DNA of 64,000 nt. Source: Candidatus Alloscybalousia sp. (GTDB lineage: Bacteria > Bacillota_I > Bacilli_A > RF39 > UBA660). Location of the stretch: assembly GCA_045595895.1 (NCBI GenBank), contig JAZOBJ010000013.1:1671-65670 (forward strand). The letters run 5' to 3'. The translations under genes and the position numbers were made by a program. Under the pieces are notes generated by a model. The model did not search any database and was not told where the DNA came from. It saw only the letters and a list, made by a program, of their open reading frames with translations. Positions 47,111 to 57,821 of this stretch are shown piece after piece (positions within the stretch are counted from its first letter, which is position 1; each line of letters opens with the position of its first letter).

Positions 47111-49743
47111 TGTATTGGTTGATCACTTGGTGTAGGTTCTGGTGTTGGAATAGGAGGTGACGGTGGCGTTGGAGTTGGTGTTGGGGTTGGAGTAGGAACT
47201 GGTATAGCGTTTGGATCATTATATACAAAGTTATATATAGCTGGATCACTTTGATTTCCACTATAATTTTGATATGTTGTTACTACTTTATATGTTCCTG
47301 AAATATTTGAAGTTGCTTCAATTGAATATGAATTTTCAGTAGTAAAGTCTAATAATACATCACCATAGTATACATTATAACCAAATGCTCCTAATGATTC
47401 ATTTTCTAATGGTGTATTTAATAGTGACCAACTAATATTTATACGTTGAGTATTTTCATCGTAACTTACTCTTAAGTTATTTACTGTTTGTAGTTTATCA
47501 TATTTTGTTGATGTTTCGGTTGGTTCATCACCATTTTTGAAGTATTCACATGTAATTTGATCTTCAGGGGTATTAGCACTTGGTAATGCTGGTGGCCAAC
47601 TTCCAACTTCTACACATTTTTCTACAACACTAGTTGGTTGTTCAAAAGTTTTTCCTGTATTTTTATTGAATATAGCATTTCCTAATGCTTTGTATAATTT
47701 ACCTCTTTCGATAACAGCAGGAGTTTGTTTTAAGTGATATTTACTATCTGGTTTTTGATATCCATACCACATTGACATTGCATATTCTGGGTCGTAACCA
47801 ACAATCCATACATCATTTACTGCACTACTTGATAGTTTTTTTTGTTTCTTTGTAGCATTATCAAAGTTTGTTGTACCAGTTTTTGCTGCTAATGTTACAC
47901 CTTTAATTTTAGCACCGTTACTTAATCCGTCTTCTACAGCTGTTACTAACATGCTACTAATCATGAATGCTGTTGCTTCACTCATAGCCTTTGTTTCTTT
48001 TGGTTTAATAATTTTAACATCGTTATTTTCTCTAAATACGATTTTGTTAATAGTTAGTGGTTCAATATATGTACCACCATTTGCGAATGCGGCGTATGCA
48101 GCGGCCATTTGTAATGATGTGATACCATCTATTGCACCTAAGGAACTCGATTCATATAATTGACCATTAATTGTTTCTGGCGTTAATCCTAAATTAGATG
48201 CAAACTCATATATTTTTTTATTTCCAACTTTTTCTTGAACTGATTGAAATGCTTTTAATGCAGGTATATTTCTTGATTGGGCTAGGGCATACCTCATACT
48301 CATTTGACCCTTGAATTTCCTATCAGAGTTATTAATTGACTGTCCTGTTGAGTATTTCCATGGTTCATCAATTATTTGTTCGTATGTTGACCAATTTAAG
48401 TATTCAATAGCTGGTGCATAATCGAATATTGGTTTAGCAGTTGAACCTATTTGGTTAGTTTCTTGGACTGCAAAATTCCAATCACCACGCATCATATCAC
48501 GTGCACCACCAACTGCTACAATTTTTCCAGTTGATACTTCTACTACTGCTACACCACTTTGTACTTTATCATCTACCCATTTGTAACTAGAATTACCATT
48601 AAATACATTATCAATACCTTCTTGTCTTTTACTATCCATGTTAGTATATACTAAAACTGATGTGTTTTTTGGATTTATTTTATGTTTATCCCATAATTCT
48701 TTAATAACAGTATCTATATAAGATTCATAATATTGGGTTCTCTTTTTACCTGCAAGTAAACTATCAACTGTTATTTTACTTGCATTTTTTGCTTCTTCTT
48801 TAGTAATGTATCCATGCTTTACCATTAAATTTAAAACAGTGTCTCTTCTATCTTCAGCAGCTTTTGGGTGCTTATAAGGGTTATAGGCAGTTGGATTATT
48901 GAATATTCCTACTAGTAATGCTGCTTCTGATAAATTTAAATTACTTACGCTTTTTCCAAAATATGTTTGTGACGCTTGTTCAACACCCCAGGCATTATTT
49001 CCTAAGTCGTGATTATTTACATAATATTCAATAATTTTCTCTTTCGAAAAATTCTTTTCTAGTTTAAATACTGCTAAATAAATATCTTCAAATTTACGTA
49101 TAATTCCATCAATACCAGATACTCTTTGTCTATGTGGATCAGTATAATTATTTGTAATTACTTGCATTGATAGGGTAGAGGCTCCACCGGCATCACGATT
49201 ACCTAAAAGTTGTCCGATACTTGCTTTAATAAAACGTGGTGCATCTATGCCATTGTGTTGAAAAAATCTTGAGTCTTCTGTTGCAATTAATGCATCAATA
49301 AATACTTCAGGTAAATCATCATATCTAACGTTTTCTCTTAATTGAGATCCGACACGTGTAAATTCTTGACCATCTTTATCATAGAAAATACTAGCTTCCG
49401 ATTTATTTAATAGAGTAATATCAAATTCTGGAGCATTAACTACTATGTAACCTATAAAGGCACTTATTGCTAAACATATTAATATTGCTATAGTGAAAAA
49501 AATAATTAGTAAAATGTTTAATACTCTTCTTCTTTTTGGTTTAGATTTAATTTTATCTAATATTCTTGCTAGACCTAATATTAATAATACACCAACTAAT
49601 AAAACTATAGTTAAGTCCATACCAAAACTTATATAACTAAAAATTAAAATTGTTAATAAAATTATTCCTATTATAATCATAGGTGTTTCGATTTTTATTT
49701 TTTTTCTATTTGAATTGGTTGTTTTTCTATATTTTCTTGCCAT
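47107..49743 (-). CDS. ponA: class A penicillin-binding protein 1A (transglycosylase plus transpeptidase) with a C-terminal (PT)n linker and extra domain
   Basis: GT51 motifs (EDSRFFQHNGID, GGASTLSMQ) and transpeptidase motifs (STAKP, SRN, KTGT). The C-terminus reads PVPTPTPTPTPTPPSPPIPTPEPTP. Operon with recU. Confidence 0.85.
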   Translation of the reverse strand: MARKYRKTTNSNRKKIKIETPMIIIGIILLTILIFSYISFGMDLTIVLLVGVLLILGLARILDKIKSKPKRRRVLNILLIIFFTIAILICLAISAFIGYIVVNAPEFDITLLNKSEASIFYDKDGQEFTRVGSQLRENVRYDDLPEVFIDALIATEDSRFFQHNGIDAPRFIKASIGQLLGNRDAGGASTLSMQVITNNYTDPHRQRVSGIDGIIRKFEDIYLAVFKLEKNFSKEKIIEYYVNNHDLGNNAWGVEQASQTYFGKSVSNLNLSEAALLVGIFNNPTAYNPYKHPKAAEDRRDTVLNLMVKHGYITKEEAKNASKITVDSLLAGKKRTQYYESYIDTVIKELWDKHKINPKNTSVLVYTNMDSKRQEGIDNVFNGNSSYKWVDDKVQSGVAVVEVSTGKIVAVGGARDMMRGDWNFAVQETNQIGSTAKPIFDYAPAIEYLNWSTYEQIIDEPWKYSTGQSINNSDRKFKGQMSMRYALAQSRNIPALKAFQSVQEKVGNKKIYEFASNLGLTPETINGQLYESSSLGAIDGITSLQMAAAYAAFANGGTYIEPLTINKIVFRENNDVKIIKPKETKAMSEATAFMISSMLVTAVEDGLSNGAKIKGVTLAAKTGTTNFDNATKKQKKLSSSAVNDVWIVGYDPEYAMSMWYGYQKPDSKYHLKQTPAVIERGKLYKALGNAIFNKNTGKTFEQPTSVVEKCVEVGSWPPALPSANTPEDQITCEYFKNGDEPTETSTKYDKLQTVNNLRVSYDENTQRINISWSLLNTPLENESLGAFGYNVYYGDVLLDFTTENSYSIEATSNISGTYKVVTTYQNYSGNQSDPAIYNFVYNDPNAIPVPTPTPTPTPTPPSPPIPTPEPTPSDQPIQ

Positions 49744-50330
49744 TATAGCACCTCCGTATATTGTTTTATTATTTCTAAATAATCAAGTCTTGGGATATAT
49801 TTTTCTTTTATCTCATGACCTTTTTCCATAAAGTATTCATATGGTATTGATTTTCTGTTACTGTTATCAATATATGTGAAAAAATCATTTGCAAATAATA
49901 AAAATGTTTTATTATGTTCTATAAATCTAATAATTAGAAAACATATTCCTCCATTTTCTAAGACGTTTTTTAAATGATTTATTTGATGTTTATGGATATT
50001 TTCTAATGGGAAACAATTTTTGTTGTTAGTTTCTTTTGCTTCAAAATCAATATATTTACCATTATATAAACCATTATAATCAGTGGTAGATGGTGATTCA
50101 AAATAAGCTTCTTTAATAGTTATTTTTCCTACTTTATTTGTTTTGGTAGGGTAATCTACTTTTGTTATCTTAATTGGTGTTGGTTTCTTATAGATAAAGG
50201 CTTGTTTAGTATCAATATAATATTGGTTTGATATGTTAATATCATTTTCTAGATTCATACCACGATTATTATGGAATACTTGTTTTTTATTTAGTATTTC
50301 CTTTAAGGGATTAATTTTATTATATTCCAT
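49743..50330 (-). CDS. recU: Holliday junction resolvase RecU
   Basis: RecU family motifs (NRGMNLE, DYIGI-like DFEAKET). The recU stop overlaps the ponA start, as in the Bacillus recU-ponA operon. Confidence 0.85.
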   Translation of the reverse strand: MEYNKINPLKEILNKKQVFHNNRGMNLENDINISNQYYIDTKQAFIYKKPTPIKITKVDYPTKTNKVGKITIKEAYFESPSTTDYNGLYNGKYIDFEAKETNNKNCFPLENIHKHQINHLKNVLENGGICFLIIRFIEHNKTFLLFANDFFTYIDNSNRKSIPYEYFMEKGHEIKEKYIPRLDYLEIIKQYTEVL

Positions 50331-50473
50331 CTAATCACCTATATTGTATTATACTATATTGTGGTATTTTTTCCAACTTTTTTATGATGTGTTTTTGTGA
50401 AAAATTATCTAGTTTTGTCGAATTTGTGATTTTTATAACTTGTCGTTTTATAATATATTTGTTGGGAGGCACT

Positions 50474-50578
50474 ATGAATTATTTACATGTTATTGAATTA
50501 TTGAATAAGATGGATGGTAAGTTGGTACAGGTAAAACTTAGTACGTATACTAATTATTATTACAAAAATAGGATATAA
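50474..50578 (+). CDS. small peptide (34 aa) with a strong RBS
   Basis: gggaggcactATG. MNYLHVIELLNKMDGKLVQVKLSTYTNYYYKNRI. This is the credible core of the 64-aa track ORF. Confidence 0.25.
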   Translation: MNYLHVIELLNKMDGKLVQVKLSTYTNYYYKNRI

Positions 50579-50730
50579 TTAAATAAAGGATGTTTGTAAT
50601 TACTGATGTTTGAAAATGGTTATATGTAGTTAATTTATATGTTGATAGTTATTTGATTGAGAAGTGTTACTTTTAATTGACATTTAGGTTGATTTTTGTG
50701 ATAATAATAGCGTAAGGGATTGGTGATAGT

Positions 50731-51063
50731 ATGCAAGGAAAAATTACGTTAACAGCTCAAGATATTCTTGAGAAGGAATTTAAAATTGATACAAGAGGGT
50801 ATCGTTTAAAAGAGGTTGACCAATTTTTAGATGAGATTATTGGTGACTATGAACAATTCTATGAAATTATTAAAAGTTTAGAAAATGAAAAGCAAGAATA
50901 TTTGAAAGAAATTACTAATTTAAAACAAGAACTTCGTAATGTCAAAATGAGTATTGATATTGCTAAAGGTAGTGAAAAAGAAGTTACTAATATGGATATT
51001 CTTCGTCGCGTTTCTAATTTAGAAAAAATTGTTTATGGTAAAGATGAAAAAGTAGAGGAATAA
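50731..51063 (+). CDS. gpsB: cell-cycle protein GpsB (DivIVA-domain)
   Basis: ILEKEFKIDTRGYRLKEVDQFLDEIIGDYEQF, a coiled coil and a C-terminal helix. Position before rnpB matches Bacillus. Confidence 0.8.
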   Translation: MQGKITLTAQDILEKEFKIDTRGYRLKEVDQFLDEIIGDYEQFYEIIKSLENEKQEYLKEITNLKQELRNVKMSIDIAKGSEKEVTNMDILRRVSNLEKIVYGKDEKVEE

Positions 51064-51414
51064 TAATACTTTGACAAACGCTATATTTTTATAATATAGA
51101 GGAAAGTCCATGCTCACACAGTCTGTGATGATTGTAGTGTTCGTGCTAAGGGAAAAAATAACCTTAGGTAGTTTAAACTAACGGCGACGATTTTTCCTAA
51201 GTCATAAGATATGGAAATAGTAGTTGTAAAGTGCCACAGTGACGATATTTTTTCGAAAGGAAAAAGTGAAACGTGGTAAACCCCGCGAGTGAGAAACCCA
51301 AAATTTGGTAGGGGAGCTCTGATGGAGAAAACGAACGAAGTCAGGGATCGAGTAATCGATAGATAAATGTTTGTCACCTAGTAATAGGTACAGAACATGG
51401 CTTATAAAGTATTT
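51064..51414 (+). ncRNA. rnpB: RNase P RNA, type B (Bacillus-like); boundaries approximate within about 15 nt
   Basis: GAGGAAAGTCCATGCTC at 51099, AGTGCCACAGTGACGA, GGTAAACCCCGCGAGTGAGAAACCCAAAATTTGGTAGGGGA and ACAGAACATGGCTTA at 51390. Candidate P1 pairing aatacttt (51065) with aaagtatt (51406). Confidence 0.85.
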
Positions 51415-51440
51415 ATTATTTATTGTTAGAAGGTGTAAAC

Positions 51441-51956
51441 TTGAAAGAAATAGGAGAATTTCTAAAGTCTGCACGTATTAGTAATGGTGTTAGTCTTGAA
51501 GAAGCTGCGGAAGATTTGAATTTTTCTGTTATTCAGCTTGAGAACATCGAAGGTGGAAATATACGTGCATTTAAGGATGTTTTTGCATTAAGAGAATTAG
51601 TTAAAGAATATGGTAAATATTTGGGTGTTAAAACAGATGAAATTATTGATGAATTTAATGATTTTATGTTTGAACATACTTCTAAAATTTCTCTTGATGA
51701 TCTTTTAGAAGCAAGAAAGTTGGCTAAAGAAAAAGAGGAGGAAGAAAAACCAAAAGTAATTTCTCCTTATACCAATATTCATACCCCTAAGTTTAATTTA
51801 GAGCGATTTAAAAAAATGTTATTAATTTTGGCGGGTATAATTTTAGGAATTTTGGTATTTTGTTTTATTTGGATTAAAATTAATGATTCGAAGGGAAATG
51901 TTTCTTCTGAATTAATGAGAAGGAGTATGGAGGATGTTTATGAATGTACCTACTAA
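51441..51956 (+). CDS. RodZ/YmfM-like protein (N-terminal XRE-type HTH, one TM helix)
   Basis: LKSARISNGVSLEEAAEDLNFSVIQLENIE is HTH_XRE, with a later TM helix. TTG start with RBS gaaggtg. Position before pgsA-recA matches Bacillus ymfM. Confidence 0.55.
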   Translation: MKEIGEFLKSARISNGVSLEEAAEDLNFSVIQLENIEGGNIRAFKDVFALRELVKEYGKYLGVKTDEIIDEFNDFMFEHTSKISLDDLLEARKLAKEKEEEEKPKVISPYTNIHTPKFNLERFKKMLLILAGIILGILVFCFIWIKINDSKGNVSSELMRRSMEDVYECTY

Positions 51957-52530
51957 GTTAACAGTGTTAAGGATTATTTTGGCAATTGTTGTTTGTATTA
52001 TATTATTATTTCCATTTGAAGCTGTAGGAATAGCTTTACCAACAATTCGAAATGGAATAGATTTTGATGTTAGGTATTTAGCTGCTGGGATTATTTTTGT
52101 TATAGCTAGTATAACTGATTTCTTGGATGGTTATTTAGCTAGAAAGAACAATCAAGTAACTGATCTTGGAAAAATGTTGGACGCTATAGCTGATAAGGTA
52201 TTAACTAATCCAGTATTAATTATTTTTGCAGTAGATGGTGCGTTTAGTCCAATTGTTCCTGTAATTATAATTGTTCGTGATATTGTTGTTAATGCGATTA
52301 AGATGGAGGCTGCTTCTAAAGGTAAAGTTGTTGCTGCTATTTCTTCAGGAAAAGTAAAAACAGCAAGTTTGATGATAGGTATGATTTTGGTATTCTTTAA
52401 TAATTTCCCATTTGTTTATCTTAATATTGATTTACATTACTTATTTATTTATTTTGCAACAATTATGTCATTGGTTTCTATGATTCAATATTATTCTTTA
52501 AATAAAAAATTATTTTCTACCAAAAATTAA
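51934..52530 (+). CDS. pgsA: CDP-diacylglycerol--glycerol-3-phosphate 3-phosphatidyltransferase
   Basis: CDP-alcohol phosphotransferase motif DFLDGYLARK...G...D.iADK. Confidence 0.85.
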   Translation: MFMNVPTKLTVLRIILAIVVCIILLFPFEAVGIALPTIRNGIDFDVRYLAAGIIFVIASITDFLDGYLARKNNQVTDLGKMLDAIADKVLTNPVLIIFAVDGAFSPIVPVIIIVRDIVVNAIKMEAASKGKVVAAISSGKVKTASLMIGMILVFFNNFPFVYLNIDLHYLFIYFATIMSLVSMIQYYSLNKKLFSTKN

Positions 52531-52555
52531 AAATCGTATTATAGATTAGTTAAAA

Positions 52556-52590
52556 AAAGAAAATTCGTTAAAGGAATTTTCTTTTTTTAT
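52556..52590 (+). terminator. rho-independent terminator after pgsA
   Basis: Hairpin aaagaaaattc gttaaag gaattttcttt followed by a T-run. Confidence 0.5.
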
Positions 52591-52697
52591 TATAAATATC
52601 TTCTTAAAAATAATAAAACATTTGTTTGAAAAAAGTATTGATTTTTTTTATAAAATAAGATATGATGTATTTGTAAGCCAAAATATTAGGAGGATTT

Positions 52698-53711
52698 ATG
52701 ACGAAAAATACTGAAAAAAATGAAGCTTTAGAAAAAGTTTTAAATGACATTGAAAAACAATTTGGAAAAGGTGCTATTATGAAACTAGGAGATAATAAGC
52801 ATATGGAACTTGATGTTACTTCTAGTGGTAGTTTAACTTTAGATATAGCAATGGGTGTAGGTGGTTATCCTAAAGGTAGAATTATTGAAATATATGGTCC
52901 TGAATCAAGCGGTAAAACCACATTTGCTTTACATGCAATAGCTGAAGTTCAAAAACAAGGTGGTAGGGCTGCATTTATTGATGCTGAACATGCTCTTGAT
53001 CCTGTTTATGCTAAAAATTTAGGTGTTGATATTAATGAATTATTACTTGCTCAACCTGATACTGGTGAACAGGCGTTAGAAATTTGTGAAGCGCTAGTTA
53101 GAAGTGAAGCTGTTAATATAGTAGTAATCGATTCAGTAGCTGCACTTGTTCCACAAGCTGAAATCGATGGTGAAATGGGTGATTCTCATGTAGGATTACA
53201 AGCTAGACTTATGAGTCAGGCTCTTCGTAAACTTTCAGGTACTATTAATAAAACAAAAACAACAGCTATTTTTATTAATCAATTAAGAGAAAAAGTTGGT
53301 GTTATGTTTGGTAATCCTGAAACTACTCCTGGTGGTAGAGCTTTAAAATTTTATTCAACAATTCGTTTAGATGTAAGGCGTAGTGAGGCTATAAAATTAG
53401 GGGACAGTATTATGGGTAATAAAACTACTGTTAAGGTTGTTAAAAACAAAGTTGCTCCTCCATTTAAATCTGCAGTTGTTGATATTATGTATGGTGAAGG
53501 TGTAAGCCGTGAAGGTGAAATTATTGACCTTGGCAGTGATTGTGGTGTTTTAGAGAAATCTGGTGCTTGGTATTCATATAAAGGTGAAAAAATTGGTCAA
53601 GGTAAAGAAAATGTTAAATTGTTTTTAAAGGATCATCATGATATTAGAAATGAAATAGAGAATCAAATTCGTGAGTATTATGGTATCAATAAGAAGAAAG
53701 AGGCTAAATAA
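52698..53711 (+). CDS. recA: recombinase RecA
   Basis: [18 protein letters not shown] and the full RecA core. RBS aggagga. Confidence 0.95.
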   Translation: MTKNTEKNEALEKVLNDIEKQFGKGAIMKLGDNKHMELDVTSSGSLTLDIAMGVGGYPKGRIIEIYGPESSGKTTFALHAIAEVQKQGGRAAFIDAEHALDPVYAKNLGVDINELLLAQPDTGEQALEICEALVRSEAVNIVVIDSVAALVPQAEIDGEMGDSHVGLQARLMSQALRKLSGTINKTKTTAIFINQLREKVGVMFGNPETTPGGRALKFYSTIRLDVRRSEAIKLGDSIMGNKTTVKVVKNKVAPPFKSAVVDIMYGEGVSREGEIIDLGSDCGVLEKSGAWYSYKGEKIGQGKENVKLFLKDHHDIRNEIENQIREYYGINKKKEAK

Positions 53712-53839
53712 TAAGCTTCTTTTTTATATGTATTGTTGAAGGGACATTTTCCTTGACTTATTTTTTATTTAAATTTACAATAGAGGTAGATGTTATGATT
53801 AATTAATATAATTTAACATATATAGAATGGAGGAATGTT

Positions 53840-55393
53840 ATGAACGATACAGTTATCTCCATTTTACTAGTCATTATTGGATTAATAGTTGGATTTGTTT
53901 TAAACGTTATATTAAATTCTTTGCGCGAATCCAATGCTAGCAGAAAAGTTGATGCTATAATAGAAAAAGCAAAGAAAGATGCTGAAAAAGCAAAAAGAGA
54001 TTCTATTTTAGAAACTAAAGAAGAAATTCATAAATTAAAACTTGAATGTGATAAAGAAATTAAAGAAAAGAAAAGCGAATTGAAAGAGTCTGAAGAAAGA
54101 CTTATTCAAAGAGAACAAAGTATGGATAAGCGTGATGAATTATATCAAAAACGTGAAGCTACTTTAGATGAAAGAGAAAATAAATTATTTGAAAAACAAA
54201 AAGATATCCAAAATGAACAAGTTAAAGTGGAAGAAATCAAACAACAACAACTAGATTTACTTCAGGAAATTTCAGGAATCAGCAAGGATAAAGCAAAAGA
54301 GATGGTTATGAGTAAAGTAAAAGAAGCAATGTCTATGGAAATTGCTGCTTATATCAAGGAAAGAGAAAATGAAGCAAAATTAGAGGTGGATAAGAAGGCT
54401 AAGGACTTACTTGTTTCTTCTATGCAAAAGTTTGCTGCAGATATTTCTAATGAGCAAACAGTAACAGTAGTTAATTTACCTAATGATGATTTAAAAGGTA
54501 GAATTATTGGTAGAGAAGGTAGAAATATTCGTACACTAGAAGCTATTACTGGGGTTGATTTAATTATTGATGATACACCAGAAGCTGTAGTTTTATCTAG
54601 TTTTGATCCTCTGAGAAGAGAAATAGCTAAGGTTACTCTTGATACTTTATTGAAAGATGGAAGAATTCATCCTACTCGTATTGAGGAAGTTTATGATAAA
54701 GTAAGTAAAGATATGAAAGCTAAAATAATAGAGTTTGGTAACAATGCTTTATTTGAATTAGGTCTTACAAAAGTTGATTCAGATTTAGTTGAAATTATTG
54801 GTAAACTTCACTTTAGAACAAGTTATGGGCAAAATGCACTTCAACATTCATTGGAGGTTGCTCATTTATCAGGGTTAATAGCTGGTGAATTAGGTGAAAA
54901 TGTTACTCTTGCTCGTAGAGCTGGTTTACTTCATGATATTGGTAAAGCAATTGACCATGAAATTGAAGGAAGCCACGTTGAGATTGGTGTTGATTTAGCT
55001 AAAAAATTTAAAGAACCTGAAGTAGTTATTAATTCTATTGCTTCGCATCATGGAGATACTGATGCAACTAGTGTTATTTCTGTAATTGTAGCTATAGCTG
55101 ATGCATTGTCTGCATCTCGTCCAGGTGCTCGTAATGATTCTTTAGAAAATTACATTAAACGTTTAGAACAGTTAGAAGCAATTGGAAATGATATTGAAGG
55201 TGTTGATAAAACTTATGCTGTTCAAGCTGGTCGTGAACTTAGAGTTGTAGTTAAACCTGAGGAAATTGATGATTTAACTGCTCATAAAGTTGCGCGTGAT
55301 ATTAAAGAAAAAATTGAGAATAATATGCAATATCCAGGAACAATTAAAATTACAGTTGTTCGTGAAACAAGAGCTCAAGAAGAAGCAAGATAA
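53840..55393 (+). CDS. rny: ribonuclease Y
   Basis: N-terminal TM helix, a coiled coil, a KH domain (GREGRNIR) and an HD domain ([14 protein letters not shown]). Confidence 0.9.
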   Translation: MNDTVISILLVIIGLIVGFVLNVILNSLRESNASRKVDAIIEKAKKDAEKAKRDSILETKEEIHKLKLECDKEIKEKKSELKESEERLIQREQSMDKRDELYQKREATLDERENKLFEKQKDIQNEQVKVEEIKQQQLDLLQEISGISKDKAKEMVMSKVKEAMSMEIAAYIKERENEAKLEVDKKAKDLLVSSMQKFAADISNEQTVTVVNLPNDDLKGRIIGREGRNIRTLEAITGVDLIIDDTPEAVVLSSFDPLRREIAKVTLDTLLKDGRIHPTRIEEVYDKVSKDMKAKIIEFGNNALFELGLTKVDSDLVEIIGKLHFRTSYGQNALQHSLEVAHLSGLIAGELGENVTLARRAGLLHDIGKAIDHEIEGSHVEIGVDLAKKFKEPEVVINSIASHHGDTDATSVISVIVAIADALSASRPGARNDSLENYIKRLEQLEAIGNDIEGVDKTYAVQAGRELRVVVKPEEIDDLTAHKVARDIKEKIENNMQYPGTIKITVVRETRAQEEAR

Positions 55394-55686
55394 TTGCTTC
55401 TTTTTCTATTTTTTTAAAACTGTGATATATTTTATCTAGAATAAAGAAAGACTAGGTTAATGATATTGCTATTTAAATTTATCAATGTGATAGTTGTTCA
55501 TGTAATCGTGTTGTTGCTGAGTCATCTTTTTATGTCTTAGTGGGTATATATTTTTAGATTCTAACAAATGTTGTCAAACATGTTATAAAACTTGTAACAA
55601 GATTATTTGGGGTGAGTGGAGTGAATGGTCTACTAATGGAATTATATCTAATTCTACCAGAGGGGATTAACTTAAAATAGAATAAA

Positions 55687-55725
55687 AAAGAATATTAGAT
55701 TATTCTAATATTCTTTATTTTTTAA
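55687..55725. terminator. bidirectional terminator between rny and rnj
   Basis: Palindrome aaagaatattag attatt ctaatattcttt with flanking T/A runs. Confidence 0.5.
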
Positions 55726-57385
55726 TATCAATAATTACTGGTAGGATAATTGGTTTTCTACCGGTTTTTTGTTCAATAAAACCTATTAAATCATTTATTA
55801 CTTTACTTTTGATTTCGTTAATACCATCTTTTGAATTATCTAGTCTTTCTTTAATTATACTATTTGCTGTATCTTCAATTTCTTTAATTAGTTCTTCATT
55901 TTCATTTACTAGAATAAATCCACGAGTAGTAATATTAGGTTTAATAAGTAATGTTCTTTTTTCCATATCGATATTAGCAATAACTACTAAGATACCATCA
56001 TTAGCCATTATTTTTCTATCTCTTAATACAACACTACCAACTTCACCTATACGGTTTCCATCTACATAAATATCTTCACCAGATACTTTTTCTTTAGATT
56101 TGGTAATGATGTGATCTTTCATAGATAAGATATCACCATTTTCTAAAACAAAAGTATTTTCTTTTGGTATACCACATTCGACACCTAGATTGGCATGTCT
56201 TTTTAACATACGGTAATCACCGTGGAATGGCATTAGATATTTAGGTTTAATTAATCTAATCATTAATTTTAACTCTTCTTGATTAGCGTGTCCTGAAGTA
56301 TGTAGTTCACTTAATGAAGTATTAGTAAATACTTTTACTCCTTTTAAGTATAATTTATTAATAGTTCTAGAAATACTTAATGCATTTCCTGGAATTGGAC
56401 TAGATGAGAATATTACAATATCATCTGGTCTTAGGGAGATTTGTCTAAATGTTCCATCAGCCATTCTTGATAGTGCAGCTAGTGGTTCACCTTGACTTCC
56501 TGTACATAATAAACATACTTCACTTGGTTTTAAGTTTTTAGCTTCTTCTGGAGTTATAATAATTTCTTTGTGGTCAATATAACCACCTTCAATTGAAATC
56601 TTAATGTTATTATCCATACTTCTTCCAAATACACAGATTTTTCTGTTGTGTTTATAACATGTTTCTACGATATGTTTTAGTCTATAAATATTAGATGCGA
56701 ATGTTGCGATAATAATACGATCAGATGTATATTTATCAAAAATATCCATTAAAGCATTGTCTACTTTTGATTCACTAATTGACATACCTTCGTTTAAGGC
56801 ATTAGTTGAATCACTAAGTAATAAGTCAACACCACGTGTTCCAAGTTCAGCCATTTTATGTAAATCTGCCATTGGACCAATTGGAGTTAAATCGAATTTA
56901 AAGTCACCAGTAGTAACAACACTACCATTCGGTGTTTTTAGGTAAATTCCGTGTGAGTCAGGTATTGAGTGCGTAGTTCTGAAAAACTCGATTTCAAAAT
57001 GTTTAAACTTTAATATATCTTTATCAGTATATGCAAATAAATTATCATAACGTATATTACGATCTTGTAGTTTAATTGCGATTAACTCTTTAGCTTGATT
57101 TGGAGCATAAATAGCTGGTACATTTACAGCTTGTAAGATAAATGGAATAGCTCCTATGTGATCTTCATGACCATGAGTTATAATTAAAGCTTTAATCTTT
57201 TCTTCATTTTGTTTTAAAAAAGTATAATCTGGTAAGACATAATCTATACCTAAAAGTTCTCCTTCTGGAAAACTAATTCCCGCATCAATAATAATAATTT
57301 CATCTTCATGCATTAAACAATACATGTTTTTCCCGACTTCACCTAAACCACCTAAAACAATAATTTTTGTTTCAGTGTTTGACAT
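55715..57385 (-). CDS. rnj: ribonuclease J (metallo-beta-lactamase / beta-CASP)
   Basis: ITHGHEDHIGA motif and 556 aa, typical of RNase J1/J2. RBS aaggagaaa. Confidence 0.9.
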   Translation of the reverse strand: MSNTETKIIVLGGLGEVGKNMYCLMHEDEIIIIDAGISFPEGELLGIDYVLPDYTFLKQNEEKIKALIITHGHEDHIGAIPFILQAVNVPAIYAPNQAKELIAIKLQDRNIRYDNLFAYTDKDILKFKHFEIEFFRTTHSIPDSHGIYLKTPNGSVVTTGDFKFDLTPIGPMADLHKMAELGTRGVDLLLSDSTNALNEGMSISESKVDNALMDIFDKYTSDRIIIATFASNIYRLKHIVETCYKHNRKICVFGRSMDNNIKISIEGGYIDHKEIIITPEEAKNLKPSEVCLLCTGSQGEPLAALSRMADGTFRQISLRPDDIVIFSSSPIPGNALSISRTINKLYLKGVKVFTNTSLSELHTSGHANQEELKLMIRLIKPKYLMPFHGDYRMLKRHANLGVECGIPKENTFVLENGDILSMKDHIITKSKEKVSGEDIYVDGNRIGEVGSVVLRDRKIMANDGILVVIANIDMEKRTLLIKPNITTRGFILVNENEELIKEIEDTANSIIKERLDNSKDGINEIKSKVINDLIGFIEQKTGRKPIILPVIIDIKK

Positions 57386-57570
57386 AATTTATAATTTTTC
57401 TCCTTTCATAAGTTCATAATAAAAGAACTAATCGTATAGATTATACTATTTTTTTGCTATTTTGTCTATTCTTTTATAATTAGTGAATGTTTTTGACGTA
57501 AAGTTGATTTTTATATTTAAATATTGTATACTTTAGTTGTAGTAGTCATAATATGATATAGGAGAATGTT

Positions 57571-57765
57571 ATGGATTTTTGTATATTAGATCAAGATGAA
57601 CTGAATGTTTTTAAAGAAACAAGCAAAGAAGAGTTGTTAGATTATTTTTTAACTTTTGTTAATTTTAGTAATTTTAGAGTTAGTAATGGTTTTAAACTTT
57701 ACTTATCTGGTTCATTTGGTTTACCATTTTTTAGTGTAATGCACGAAGATATAAAATTAAGATAA
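57571..57765 (+). CDS. small hypothetical protein (64 aa)
   Basis: Strong RBS aggagaatgttATG. No motif. Confidence 0.35.
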   Translation: MDFCILDQDELNVFKETSKEELLDYFLTFVNFSNFRVSNGFKLYLSGSFGLPFFSVMHEDIKLR

Positions 57766-57821
57766 AGACTAGGAAATAGTCTTTTTTTTTGATATAATAG
57801 TTATATTATACAGGAGGATTT

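Noticed and set aside
47140-47215. Tandem GGTGTTGGA / GGAGTTGG repeats, considered as a possible CRISPR-like or microsatellite array
   Set aside because: The units are irregular, in-frame and encode the PT linker of PBP1A. There are no spacers of constant length.
47079-48163. Plus-strand ORFs 47951-48163 and minus 47079-47261 around ponA
   Set aside because: Both overlap the PBP1A CDS or its terminator. The 47079 ORF is the His/Gln-rich reverse-frame reading of the (PT)n linker region.
50384-50473. Upstream 30 codons of the 64-aa track ORF
   Set aside because: No RBS at 50384. The strong gggagg RBS sits before the internal ATG at 50474, so only the 34-aa peptide is retained, and with low confidence.
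51114-51474. Two minus-strand ORFs (87 and 90 aa)
   Set aside because: They lie entirely within the RNase P RNA gene. The RNA identity is certain from multiple universally conserved motifs.
55560-55680. Possible 22-aa GTG-initiated peptide or small RNA in the rny-rnj convergent spacer (gtgagtggagtgaatgg...)
   Set aside because: No convincing RBS or promoter, and no conserved structure recognisable by eye. Left unannotated.
55809-56945. Plus-strand ORFs 55809-56069 and 56757-56945
   Set aside because: Antisense within rnj.
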